Source: Eledone cirrhosa
Taxonomy: Eukaryota
Assembly (NCBI GenBank): GCA_964016885.1
Contig: OZ024741.1
Span: forward strand, 148,800,001 to 148,864,000
Reading direction: 5' to 3'
DNA length: 64,000 nt
Of the stretch, positions 1 to 13,563 are shown one piece after another. The first letter of the stretch is position 1. Every line of letters starts with the position of its first letter. A program made the position numbers and the translations under genes. The notes beneath the pieces are model-generated. The model saw nothing but the letters and a program-made list of their open reading frames with translations. It was not told the origin of the DNA and did not search any database.

Positions 1-140
1 GAAAATAGTTTCAGTTTATGAACATTTTGGATTACAAACGGCCTTCGGGAACAAATTAAGTTCATGAACCGAGGTACCGCTGTATATATATATATATGCT
101 TGAAGTCACTGGCCAGTACCATCATTTGTTTGTTTTTCCT

Positions 141-405
141 TTAACCCATTTGATACCAAAGCATCTGAAACCACCTGTTTTACAATACAAGGTTGTTTAT
201 ATTTGAAGAGTTTGGATCATCTAGAAACTTTCAATCATATTTTAATGTAAGAAAAAACCTTTGTTAGTTTATGTTCCAAACATCAGATAAATATTGAAAA
301 AGTTAGTTATAGTACTGAATCTTCTCTACATCTTGATTATTTTCAAAAATTACTTGAAAATCCTAGACAGTGTCTCTTATTAGAAATATGGTAAGAAAAG
401 GTTTA
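141..405 (-). mobile_element. piggyBac-like MITE family 1 copy, present in every tandem unit
   Basis: Begins TTAACCCATTTGATACCAAA, the reverse complement of the family right end (tttggtatcaaaagggttaa). Ends agaaatatggtaagaaaaggtttag, a decayed left end. Confidence 0.6.
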
Positions 406-750
406 GTCATAATTGTAGCAAAGAGAGAGTGAACATTTCCACGCAAAATCCTACCCTATTAATTAATATTACATAATGATCATGATGAGGATGGTGATGA
501 TGAATCCAGTTTCTACTGACATGTATTTCATCTCCCTGTTATCTGACTATATTGTATTACATGAATGGCGTGTTTCAATAGAAATATGGTTGTGAAAGAG
601 CTAAAATAAAAAATAAATGTCATTTTACTAAGAAACCTAAAAACATTGCTGTTGCTTTCCATTGACTGCTGTGCAGTCTTGCTTGCTTGGAACTATACAT
701 ATATACACACACGCGCACACATACACACATACATACATACATACATACAC

Positions 751-1080
751 ATAGTGGAACCTCTGTTCACGAAACCCTCTCATGGTCAATTTGGTCCATG
801 ACCAACTCTTCTGAACATAAAAACGGCTCAGTTGATGAACGATGTCTCAAGTAATGAACACACAAGCTGGCAACAAGCCGGGAGTACCAGCGGGAATGCA
901 TCACTTGCTGTGTAGTTAGTTACTATGGTGATATCAATCTGTCTTTCACACACAGTCTCTTTCTCATTGTATTTCTCTCTCAACATTTTGTATAGGGAAA
1001 ATAGTTTCAGTTTATGAACATTTTGGATTACAAACGGCCTTCGGGAACAAATTAAGTTCATGAACCGAGGTACCGCTGTA
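751..1080. mobile_element. Tigger/pogo-like (Tc1/mariner superfamily) MITE, repeated in each tandem unit
   Basis: Left end tagtggaacctctgttcacgaa; right end ttcatgaaccgaggtaccgctgTA (reverse complement TAcagcggtacctcggttcatgaa). CAGTGGAACCTCG-type TIRs with a TA flank are typical of Tigger elements. Confidence 0.75.
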
Positions 1081-4000
1081 TATATATATATATATATATG
1101 CTTGAAGTCACTGGCCAGTACCATCATTTGTTTGTTTTTCCTTTAACCCATTTGATACCAAAGCATCTGAAACCACCTGTTTTACAATACAAGGTTGTTT
1201 ATATTTGAAGGGTTTGGATCATCTAGAAACTTTCAATCATATTTTAATGTAAGAAAAAACCTTTGTTAGTTTATGTTCCAAACATCAGATAAATATTGAA
1301 AAAGTTAGTTATAGTACTGAATCTTCTCTACATCTTGATTATTTTCAAAAATTACTTGAAAATCCTAGACAGTCTCTCTTATTAGAAATATGGTAAGAAA
1401 AGGTTTAGTCATAATTGTAGCAAAGAGAGAGTGAACATTTCCATGCAAAATCCTACCCTATTAATTAATATTACATAATGATCATGATGAGGATGGTGAT
1501 GATGAATCCAGTTTCTACTGACATGTATTTCATCTCCCTGTTATCTGACTATATTGTATTACATGAATGGCGTGTTTCAATAGAAATATGGTTGTGAAAG
1601 AGCTAAAATAAAAAATAAATGTCATTTTACTAAGAAACCTAAAAACATTGCTGTTGCTTTCCATTGACTGCTGTGCAGTCTTGCTTGCTTGGAACTATAC
1701 ATATATACACACACGCGCACACATACATACATACATACACATAGTGGAACCTCTGTTCACGAAACCCTCTCATGGTCAATTTGGTCCATGACCAACTCTT
1801 CTGAACATAAAAACGGCTCAGTTGATGAACGATGTCTCAAGTAATGAACACACAAGCTGGCAACAAGCCGGGAGTACCAGCGGGAATGCATCACTTGCTG
1901 TGTAGTTAGTTACTATGGTGATATCAATCTGTCTTTCACACACAGTCTCTTTCTCATTGTATTTCTCTCTCAACATTTTGTATAGGGAAAATAGTTTCAG
2001 TTTATGAACATTTTGGATTACAAACGGCCTTCGGGAACAAATTAAGTTCATGAACCGAGGTACCGCTGTATATATATATATATATATGCTTGAAGTCACT
2101 GGCCAGTACCATCATTTGTTTGTTTTTCCTTTAACCCATTTGATACCAAAGCATCTGAAACCACCTGTTTTACAATACAAGGTTGTTTATATTTGAAGGG
2201 TTTGGATCATCTAGAAACTTTCAATCATATTTTAATGTAAGAAAAAACCTTTGTTAGTTTATGTTCCAAACATCAGATAAATATTGAAAAAGTTAGTTAT
2301 AGTACTGAATCTTCTCTACATCTTGATTATTTTCAAAAATTACTTGAAAATCCTAGACAGTGTCTCTTATTAGAAATATGGTAAGAAAAGGTTTAGTCAT
2401 AATTGTAGCAAAGAGAGAGTGAACATTTCCTCGCAAAATCCTACCCTATTAATTAATATTACATAATGATCATGATGAGGATGGTGATGATGAATCCAGT
2501 TTCTACTGACATGTATTTTATCTCCCTGTTATCTGACTATATTGTATTACATGAATGGCGTGTTTCAATAGAAATATGGTTGTGAAAGAGCTAAAATAAA
2601 AAATAAATGTCATTTTACTAAGAAACCTAAAAACATTGCTGTTGCTTTCCATTGACTGCCGTGCAGTCTTGCTTGCTTGGAACTATACATATATACACAC
2701 ACGCACACACATACATACATACATACACATAGTGGAACCTCTGTTCACGAAACCCTCTCATGGTCAATTTGGTCCATGACCAACTCTTCTGAACATAAAA
2801 ACGGCTCAGTTGATGAACGATGTCTCAAGTAATGAACACACAAGCTGGCAACAAGCCGGGAGTATCAGCGGGAATGCATCACTTGCTGTGTAGTTAGTTA
2901 CTATGGTGATATCAATCTGTCTTTCACACACAGTCTCTTTCTCATTGTATTTCTCTCTCAACATTTTGTATAGGGAAAATAGTTTCAGTTTATGAACATT
3001 TTGGATTACAAACGGCCTTCGGGAACAAATTAAGTTCATGAACCGAGGTACCGCTGTATATATATATATATATATATGCTTGAAGTCACTGGCCAGTACC
3101 ATCATTTGTTTGTTTTTCCTTTAACCCATTTGATACCAAAGCATCTGAAACCACCTGTTTTACAATACAAGGTTGTTTATATTTGAAGGGTTTGGATCAT
3201 CTAGAAACTTTCAATCATATTTTAATGTAAGAAAAAACCTTTGTTAGTTTATGTTCCAAACATCAGATAAATATTGAAAAAGTTAGTTATAGTACTGAAT
3301 CTTCTCTACATCTTGATTATTTTCAAAAATTACTTGAAAATCCTAGACAGTGTCTCTTATTAGAAATATGGTAAGAAAAGGTTTAGTCATAATTGTAGCA
3401 AAGAGAGAGTGAACATTTCCTCGCAAAATCCTACCCTATTAATTAATATTACATAATGATCATGATGAGGATGGTGATGATGAATCCAGTTTCTACTGAC
3501 ATGTATTTCATCTCCCTGTTATCTGACTATATTGTATTACATGAATGGCGTGTTTCAATAGAAATATAGTTGTGAAAGAGCTAAAATAAAAAATAAATGT
3601 CATTTTACTAAGAAACCTAAAAACATTGCTGTTGCTTTCCATTGACTGCCGTGCAGTCTTGCTTGCTTGGAACTATACATATATACACACACGCGCACAC
3701 ATACATACATACATACACATAGTGGAACCTCTGTTCACGAAACCCTCTCATGGTCAATTTGGTCCATGACCAACTCTTCTGAACATAAAAACGGCTCAGT
3801 TGATGAACGATGTCTCAAGTAATGAACGTAAGCTGGCAACAAGCCGGGAGTACCAGCGGGAATGCATCACTTGCTGTGTAGTTAGTTACTATGGTGATAT
3901 CAATCTGTCTTTCACACACAGTCTCTTTCTCATTGTATTTCTCTCTCAACATTTTGTATAGGGAAAATAGTTTCAGTTTATGAACATTTTGGATTACAAA

Positions 4001-6654
4001 CGGCCTTCGGGAACAAATTAAGTTCATGAACCGAGGTACCGCTGTATATATATATATATATATGCTTGAAGTCACTGGCCAGTACCATCATTTGTTTGTT
4101 TTTCCTTTAACCCATTTGATACCAAAGCATCTGAAACCACCTGTTTTACAATACAAGGTTGTTTATATTTGAAGAGTTTGGATCATCTAGAAACTTTCAA
4201 TCATATTTTAATGTAAGAAAAAACCTTTGTTAGTTTATGTTCCAAACATCAGATAAATATTGAAAAAGTTAGTTATAGTACTGAATCTTCTCTACATCTT
4301 GATTATTTTCAAAAATTACTTGAAAATCCTAGACTGTGTCTCTTATTAGAAATATGGTAAGAAAAGGTTTAGTCATAATTGTAGCAAAGAGAGAGTGAAC
4401 ATTTCCACGCAAAATCCTACCCTATTAATTAATATTACATAATGATCATGATGAGGATGGTGATGATGAATCCAGTTTCTACTGACATGTATTTCATCTC
4501 CCTGTTATCTGACTATATTGTATTACATGAATGGCGTGTTTCAATAGAAATATGGTTGTGAAAGAGCTAAAATAAAAAATAAATGTCATTTTACTAAGAA
4601 ACCTAAAAACATTGCTGTTGCTTTCCATTGACTGCTGTGCAGTCTTGCTTGCTTGGAACTATACATATATACACACACGCGCACACATACATACATACAC
4701 ATAGTGGAACCTCTGTTCACGAAACCCTCTCATGGTCAATTTGGTCCATGACCAACTCTTCTGAACATAAAAACGGCTCAGTTGATGAACGATGTCTCAA
4801 GTAATGAACACACAAGCTGGCAACAAGCCGGGAGTACCAGCGGGAATGCATCACTTGCTGTGTAGTTAGTTACTATGGTGATATCAATCTGTCTTTCACA
4901 CACAGTCTCTTTCTCATTGTATTTCTCTCTCAACATTTTGTATAGGGAAAATAGTTTCAGTTTATGAACATTTTGGATTACAAACGGCCTTCGGGAACAA
5001 ATTAAGTTCATGAACCGAGGTACCGCTGTATATATATATATATATATGCTTGAAGTCACTGGCCAGTACCATCATTTGTTTGTTTTTCCTTTAACCCATT
5101 TGATACCAAAGCATCTGAAACCACCTGTTTTACAATACAAGGTTGTTTATATTTGAAGGGTTTGGATCATCTAGAAACTTTCAATCATATTTTAATGTAA
5201 GAAAGAACCTTTGTTAGTTTATGTTCCAAACATCAGATAAATATTGAAAAAGTTAGTTATAGTACTGAATCTTCTCTACATCTTGATTATTTTCAAAAAT
5301 TACTTGAAAATCCTAGACAGTGTCTCTTATTAGAAATATGGTAAGAAAAGGTTTAGTCATAATTGTAGCAAAGAGAGAGTGAACATTTCCTCGCAAAATC
5401 CTACCCTATTAATTAACATTATATAATGATCATGATGAGGATGGTGATGATGAATCCAGTTTCTACTGACATGTATTTCATCTCCCTGTTATCTGACTAT
5501 ATTGTATTACAAGATTATTTTTAAAGATAAAGTAAAATGCTTTAAAAGGTTGAGGGAGTTAGGATACCGTGGGGTTTTTCATTTTTTAATTTAAAAAAAT
5601 TTTGATATTCCATGCGAATGTGTGTTTATGACAAATTTTTGCAATATGGTATTATTTTAGTTATTTCTAATTTTAAACAGGTTCTTCTAATTCCCAGGTT
5701 TCAACTACCATATTTCTCAAGCATACATTAATCCCTAGTCTAAACCTACATTTTTCAAAATTGAGTAACTCGAAATGGAGCTGTCCATGATGTTGGAGCA
5801 TTTCCGATGCCAGGAAATTCATTTTTTATATTTAATGTCTTTTAGCTTCATCATGCCTCCTATTTGTTATTAATCAGTTGCTTGCCTTTGTGAACAGCTT
5901 TACATAATATGACTGGTACTCCTATCATTTACCCCCCCCCCCCAAAAAAAAACCTCATAGGAGGCCAGCTGAACTGACATAGGTAAATTTCACCCCTCCC
6001 CCATCTTATTTCAGGTACATATGGTCACAAAATGGCTAATTATCCCCAATGAGTTCAAAATTGTTAGGTCCTTAAATTGATTATTGCTTCAAACTAAAAT
6101 ACAGTTTTAAAATGCCACATAAGAAGAAAACTTTACAAAATGAAACAAAAATTATTGTTATGCTTAAATTATCATCTTTCAAACTCTGTGTGAAACCATT
6201 ACAGTGCTGATTTAGAATTAAAAATGTGTTTTCAAGTAGTTACTCTTTGTTTCATATTTGTCTCGCACATTAATAAATAATTGGTGTAAAAACTGAGCTA
6301 TGAATATATTTTTTTATACTAAATCCTCTGAACACAGACACTTGTATTCTGGTAACTTTCTCTATTAACCATTTTGTAATGAAATACACTGCCTATATGT
6401 TTTCACTTCATTTTGAAATTAAATTAAGAATTTGGAGGGATTTAATAAAATGACTAAACTCTTCATTATTAATCTGACATTTGAACATAAATTAACAAAA
6501 GTTTCATACATAAAATTATAATGGAATGTTTTAATGTAAATATAGACATTTTACGGCAGTTTTATATCATAGAACCTTGAATGGGTTGGCATCGAATGAT
6601 TTAATAAAATTGTTTTTTCAAATGTCTCCAGAGAGTTTAGAGTAGTGTTAAGTG

Positions 6655-6780
6655 AATATAGCCCTGAAGGGTTACAAGTTATTATGGCACCTTGAAGGGC
6701 CACAAAATATTGTTGCCCTGAAGAGCCCACAAGGGAATAAATATAGCCCTGAAGAGCCCACAAGTGAACTCTTGAAGGAA
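6655..6780. repeat. Degenerate minisatellite, core gccctgaagagcccacaa, 4-5 units spaced about 25-31 bp apart
   Basis: Cores at 6661, ~6689, 6715, 6746 and ~6769. Confidence 0.7.
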
Positions 6781-7236
6781 AATAGTTTTTAAAATGTCAC
6801 AAAGAAAGAAAATACTAATGTTATACAGGTACAACACTAACCATTTTGCACCTGCGATTACAGACCTGTCCCAAATTAGCCCTTTTGCCAGACTAATATG
6901 GGTCATGTAAAAATAATTCAAGGTGAGAATAATAAATAATACATCATTGTGTGTGTTTATATATATGTATATAAATATAATAGTAATGAGTATAATCAAA
7001 GTTACAGCTGCAAGTAGCAGATTTGTATCCGATTGATTTTCGAAGACTGTCACTAATAAATATACACATGCGCGCGCGCACACACACAAAATACATTTCC
7101 AATTTCAGTTATGCTACTACAATAAGAAGTTCACTTTCTAACCACAAAGTCTTGGATTCTAATCCTGCATTTGTTCTTCTAAATAGTTTTTTCTCTAAAG
7201 TTACATTCCATCCTGTATGTCATTTGTACATACATG

Positions 7237-7451
7237 TTAACCCTTTAGCATTCAAACCGGCCGTATCCGGCCAGAATTCTCTCACCTCTTTCTGTTCAAT
7301 CTGGCTGTAACCGGCTGCTTATACCAATGTTATGGTATTTTCTCCAAATAAATAATAACAAAATCTCATAGATTCGATATTATGTGAGATAAACCCTTTA
7401 CTGTGAAAATATTATTGTATATATAGAGTAATGCAAATGCTAAAGGGTTAA
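7237..7451 (+). mobile_element. piggyBac-like MITE family 2
   Basis: TTAA-ccctttagcatt ... aatgctaaaggg-TTAA, a perfect TIR with TTAA flanks. A second copy lies at 56315-56530. Confidence 0.85.
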
Positions 7452-9194
7452 ACATGTATGTAATTATATCCTAGAAATACATTGTTAAAATATTCTTATC
7501 TTTAAAATATAAACTATAAGGTTCTTTATATGCAAACCATCAATTTATCAAAATAACAAATTTTCCAAATTTATGATTGTTCACAATCCTAGTAAATATA
7601 GACTACCATCAAATTGCTGATATTATTAGCAGGATTGGTCCACTAGTAAACTTCAGGTGTCCTCATCTAATTAATGTCAAATGTTAAAATTGAAACATAA
7701 AAATAATTTGAATATTTACTTGTATAGTTGTTAGGCTACTATTGTAGAAAGAATTCAAAATATTACATTAATATCTTTTTGCTATAGTTTGAAACTATGC
7801 CATAGGCAATCAAATTTTGAAAATAGCTTTAGTAGTAAACAATGTCTGATATCTTATTGTTTTTTTAATGTGGCATAACAGCAAGCAAATGGTGGCCTAG
7901 AGTAGGCCTTAAACTGTATCAGACTTAACTAACTGGAACAGTAGTGTAGTATGTAGAAAGAAACTTGCTTTTATATATACTGTAAGGCTTCATTCACACA
8001 GCAGGGTATCTGTCTACTGTTGGAAATTTTTGTTCTATTATTTTTTTTTTCTTTCTCAGATAAAATATTAACACTAAATATTTATTACTTTGATAGAAGA
8101 TAAATAATACTTCACTGTAAATAGAAATATATTAATTTATATATATTCTAAACATGTTTTTTTACAAATTTTACTACTTTAATTTAGTAAGTTTTTCATT
8201 ATTTCTGTGTCCAAGTTAAATTATTAATTAATACATTTGATTTTGTTTTTCTTTTTATACTCAAGGAAAAAAACCTATTCCTTTCTCTGTTGATTGCTGC
8301 TATTCTCTTTTAGGCTAATATCTCTGCTAGCCTGAGCAGTCACAGCTCTGAATATATTTCTCACTACAGCTTTTCCATATGGTCTCAATCATAAACCAAA
8401 CTCTCTGTTAGCACTTAACTTTACACCTAGCTCATATTTCACTCAGGGAGATCCCATTTTCATTCAGGGGTGTTCAACTTCAGCTGCTTTTGCTGTCTCA
8501 TATGTTCATAAATAAGTTCTCCAAACTCTCTCAACCATTTTACTTATTTCAAAGGACTATTAAAATACTTCTGCAATTTTGTTGTTTGTGTTTGTAGAGT
8601 TGTTTACAACCCTATAAGGATGACTTATTTTATTATATTTCATGTATTTTAATGACCTGTAATAATAGATTTATTGCAAATTTAGTTCTTAACATCCTAC
8701 AATTACTTAGCTGAAAATATCTTTAAAAAAAAAAAAAACATTTGTTAATACAAACTTTCTTAGATTCTTTACTAATGGATAGATCATTGTGAAAATTTAC
8801 TGTATTAGAGTAGTTTTTAATTTTTAATGTGACAGTCAAGAATATATTGTTAATGCAGTTTCATGTGGTACATGGCAATAAGAGTTAAATGTTTTCGAAT
8901 GATTTTATAATGTAATTAAGAGGATGGATCCATAGTTCTAAAATAGTAGCAATCTTTAATGGGGGAGGCATCATTAATTTTTTGATCCTGCCAATAACCT
9001 CAACCTTTGCTTCAGATGAGTTGAATTGCTACACAACATCTGTGTCAAGTTAGTTGTTACCTACTGTGGCTGAAATTGGACCAAACCTCCAGAATCTGCT
9101 GCTGATTCTTTAGATTTTGGAATTCTCATATTCATGGGAATATAGCTGTTGTCTTTAAAACTGTGTGATGACTATTAACTTTTTTTTTTTACTA

Positions 9195-9760
9195 GATGTT
9201 ATCTCTTCCACCATCCCTTCTCTCTCTCTTATCATCCATCCAACTCCAATTCTTTGCACCAGCATTCTCCCCTCCCCCTCTCATTTTCACCATCCATCCA
9301 TCCAACTCTATCCAATGCACCAACACTCTGCTCCTCTCTCTATCTCTTACCACCATCCCTATACCTCCACCCTCCCCCCCCTTCTCTCTATCTAACCATC
9401 TGTCTATCTCTCCATCTATTTCTCACAAACTATCCTTCCAACTCCAGTCTTCTACACCAACACTACTTCCCTCTCTCCATCTATCTACCTCTCCCATACA
9501 TTTTTCAACACTCCCTTCTCTACATCTCTATCTCTCTCACACACACATCACCTTCCCCCCCAACTCCAGTCTTCTATACCAACACTCTACTTCCCTCTCT
9601 ATCTCTCTTATCTCTTCATCTACCTATCTATCTCACTCCCACCTCAGTCTTTTATACAAGTATTCTGCCTTCTTCCCCCTATCTCTCATACACCATACCT
9701 CCAACTCATAGTTCTGCACCAATACTCTCCCTCTCTCTCTGTCTTTCACCTATATCTCCT
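9195..9760 (+). repeat. Pyrimidine-rich low-complexity tract with a recurring ccaactccagtcttcta(c/t)accaacact motif
   Basis: Strong C/T strand bias; motif variants near 9240, 9438, 9560, 9640 and 9700. Confidence 0.75.
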
Positions 9761-9845
9761 TTGCTGGCAATTTAATTGTAGCAGCAGTGTTTGATTTAAG
9801 GACAAGAGAGGGTTGCAGCTGTGTGACATTGCACATTTGGTGCCA

Positions 9846-9875
9846 ATGTACTACTACTCCAGACCCAAGTTACAG
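9846..9875 (+). CDS. Candidate alternative first coding exon of the E-protein gene (MYYYSRPKLQ, Alt-domain-like)
   Basis: ATG at 9846 with an in-frame TGA upstream at 9792. Ends CAG|GTGTGC, phase 0, which matches the phase-0 acceptor at 47112. Resembles the vertebrate HEBAlt/TCF4-A end ...MYYYNGK(T/A)|VYAPS as recalled. The donor is non-consensus. Confidence 0.5.
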
Positions 9876-12800
9876 GTGTGCTTCACATTTCATGCTTACT
9901 TCTCTAAACTAAATGTTTTTTCTCTGTTTCTTTTTCTGTTGTTCACTGGGTCTTCCTTCTGATACTAGCTATCATTTATTTGGCTCTTATCTCTCTCTCT
10001 CAGAATAGAACCAAAGAAGTTTGTTTTAAAACAATAAAAAAGGGAGCTATGTTTCTTCTCCCTATTAGTGTTTAACATTATCCAATTAAATAGACAGTGA
10101 AATACTTATCTATGGTGGTCAGATACACTACTAATTTTTTTAATTTAAAACTTAAATTTTATTTCTTTCACTTTATTTTGATGGCATCATTGTTTATATA
10201 TTTATGTGTGTATGTATGTGTGTACACATGTATTAACTTGATAGTTTTTTTTTGTTTTTTTTTTACAATTATGCAGCTTAATAATATTTGAAAAATAAAC
10301 CAGATTTTGGAACTTAACCTAGCTTCTAACAATATTAAAAAACTTCGAAAGAAATTTTATAATTTATTTTGATTTTGTGATTTTATCATGTTATCTTTAT
10401 TTTTACTGAACTATCAGTAACTCTTTTAAAGAAGTTTACTTGTTATACACACATTCAATACAGATTAAACCACAAATATTGTGTACTCATTTAAACTTGA
10501 TCTTTGTTTCTGGTAGTCCAAAGAAGTAAATTACTTAGTATAGGTCTATGTAAAATTTTGTAGAATTCTTTCACTTTTCTTAGTTTTGCCTTTCTGTTGA
10601 TTTCTTGACGAATATACTATCAATATATCTAATCTGTTTAATAAGTTCATTAGATATGGCTCAACTCAGGAGATTTTTATTAAATGTTGCTGTTTATATA
10701 TATATATGTGTGTGTGTGTTTTAGGAATTTATATTTATTTGTTGAGAATCAAAGACAAAAATGTATCCCCACACAACCCTTGCAATAAATAGATTAGTCC
10801 CTTGCTATTCAGTATGTTTTATCAATTATATTCTGACCATTCAGGGCTAACCATGCTAATGGGAGGAGAGTGTATGTCTTTCAGCATTCCCCTACCCTTT
10901 TTTCTTTTATCCCCCCCTCTCTCCTGTATATAAACTTCCTGTCTGCATGCTATAAAGATTTCAGAATATCCTGGGTTTTTTTCAATAAATATTTTGATTT
11001 GAACTTTTTAACTTTACCACATTAAACAGTTAGTGGTCTTTATTTAGTTAATTAGCTTGGCCACATTACAAGTTTAATTCGTTATATATTTATTGGTATT
11101 TTAACTTATTAACTCTTAACATTTTGTGATGATTTAGCTGATAATATTTAAAAACAGGCTTCTTAATTCAAATACTTATAGTATCTTAACTAGTGGACAT
11201 GTCATTAAAAAAAATGTACTAAATGTCTTGTTAAAGTGGTTTCATGTGGTACAGTTAAATTTCTTTTGTATGTGTATGTTCATATAAATACATGCATGAC
11301 AGCATCTCTCTCTCTCTCTCTCACATTCAAAGACATGGCTTAATGGTTAGGGTGTTCAGTTGACAATCCTAAGTGGGTCTGTATTTACATTTACTGTTTG
11401 TTTATATTCTGTTATCTAGCAGTTCAGTTAATAGATATTGATAAAATATGTACTAGATATGAAAAAAATAAGTGCTGGGATTGATATGATCAGCTAAATA
11501 ACCGAAACAAGTAAAAGTAAATGAATTTGTGTTTTATGAATGTTTTTACCCCCCCCCCTCTCTCTAAGAAACCTCCATTATCTGTGTGTGTTAGAATTCA
11601 TCAAAAACCATGAAAATAAATTTGAGTACATAAAATACAATGATATGTAAACAAGCAAAGATTAAAGTCATTGGCATGCTCCAGCTTCTGGCCATTAGAT
11701 GTCTCCTCTCTTTGCATTTTCTACCACTACTTTAATGGCTTCAGAGATGGCTAACCTCATTCCACTTGTACTCAGACACTTATGCCTCACTTATCACTCC
11801 TCTCACCCCTAGGCCATGCACTAACCACTTTTCCCAGTCCTTCTCTACAGAACATTGTACCCCCTGGAATTCTCTCTTTACATGTCTATCCTACATGAGT
11901 CGACCTGCAAGAATTGAAACTAAAACACCACAGTCACCAATCTCACCAGCCTAGTGTGTGTGTAAAAATGCATATCAACATTAATTTTAAGGGAAATTTA
12001 TTGTAGATGTAGCTGCACTACATGTTTTTAAAAATAGAAGCATTTGCTCTGAAAACAATAAAATGTAAGCACACTTTCAACTATCTCCTGTACACAGATT
12101 ATAGTTATGCATTTTGGAGATTACTGTCTTCTCATCACAAGATAACTACTTCTGTGATTCTCTGTACAGTGGGATCTTTTTATAACATCTCTATATATGT
12201 CAAGCAGGATGTGGAACATAACTGAAATGGTCAATCAAATTTGCATGATGTGCATTCATTCGGCAATGTACTTAATCATTTAAATATTTCTGTAGATCAC
12301 TGCATATATTCAAAGGTTTTAAGATAAGTCTAATGTTTTTTAATGTTTCAACTCATGTGAATTACTCTCAATGTTATTACAAAACAGTGATAAAGGAGTT
12401 CATTTTGCAACCACATGGATTTGGATGAGTGTCTTTTACTATAGTCCCTGGTTGACCAATGCTGCGTGTCCATCCATATGTATGTTTATATTGTTTGTTT
12501 ACGGCCTATAACTTGGCGGTTAACAAATAAAAGTTGATAGAATGAGGACTAGACTTGAAAAAATAAGTACTGCGATCATTATGATCAACTAAAATCTTTC
12601 CGTGGCAGTGCCCCAGCATGGCTGCAGTCAATTGTTACAACCAGTAAATGAGTAAAAGAAAACTTTTATCACACATCCTTAGGAATCTCTCTTGCTACTT
12701 CACTATATATCATAATATAAGTTGTGTTGTAGACTGGCATAGTTGTTAAACCATCAGATTAAATGCCTCAGCTCTCTGTGATCTCAGTTCAAATTTTGCC

Positions 12801-13289
12801 TTTCTTCCTTTTACAGTTCAATGGGCAATGGAATAGTGGAAGTGTTAAAGAAAGAGACAGGGTGCTTTTATAGTATGTGCATTCTGAGTTCAAATCCCAT
12901 TTCCTTTTGCCAAGAGTTATGACTGGCAGATAGTATTAATAATGGGAACAAACTGATCCATACATATTGTTGTTTATAATTGCAAATTGGGTCTGCATTA
13001 GCAGACCTGTGATTTAAAGGCATTTATGCTATGCTGAGCCTGTCACCATTTCTTGTAAAAGGAAGTTGCTCAATTATCCCCATGAATTTGTGACGGCAGT
13101 GGTATGATTTGGCAGTTGTATCTAGCATATCGAGTGCTCATGTTCTCTTTGAGAAATATGTTCTGTCATCTTTGCTATTAAAATAGAAACACACAACCAT
13201 TCATTCATTATAATCTGACTCTCTAGATATATTCTTCATAGCAATAAAAAGTAATTTACCATATGCATATATGCATGTGTGTGTGGGGA

Positions 13290-13538
13290 CATGGAAATAC
13301 TCAGTTTGGTACCTGAATGTGCAGTTAGCCCACCAGGAGTGAGAGACCCTAGTTCTTGTAAAACCTACAACTCAATAGCAGCCAATGATGTTGCCCTGTT
13401 TTTCTTTTTGGATACTTGTCGCCATTGTTCAGAGAGTGGGATTGGTCCAGTGCAAAGCCTTTCTTCACTTAAAAATGTTGCAAGCACATGTATCACCTGA
13501 TCTAAATGTCTTTCACGCGTGTTGCATGAGCATGACCT
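13290..13538 (+). repeat. Diverged fragment of the non-autonomous element at 58140-58750
   Basis: The reverse complement (aaaggctttgcactggaccaatcccactctct...caacatcattggctgctattgagttgtagg) aligns by eye with 58380-58490 and 15100-15220. Confidence 0.55.
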
Positions 13539-13563
13539 TTTTTTTTTTTTTTTTTTTTTTTTT

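Larger units (their letters stand above)
1..5511. repeat. Tandem array of ~990-bp units, ~5.5 copies visible, continuing off the left edge
   Basis: The string gaaaatagtttcagtttatg recurs at 1, 997, 1987, 2975, 3963 and 4947 (periods 984-996). Units differ by a few SNPs and by microsatellite length. Similarity ends after attgtattaca at 5511. Confidence 0.97.

Noticed and set aside
828-5059. Five repeated 86-99 aa minus-strand ORFs
   Set aside because: They are the Tigger-like MITE read through in each tandem unit. Their starts depend on (TA)n length and no domain is recognisable.
6655-6780. CRISPR-like repeat-spacer look
   Set aside because: Eukaryotic context, degenerate repeats, spacers of only ~10 bp, and no cas genes.
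9165-9775. Ser/Leu/Pro/His-rich ORFs in three frames
   Set aside because: An artefact of a pyrimidine-rich tract that lacks stop codons.
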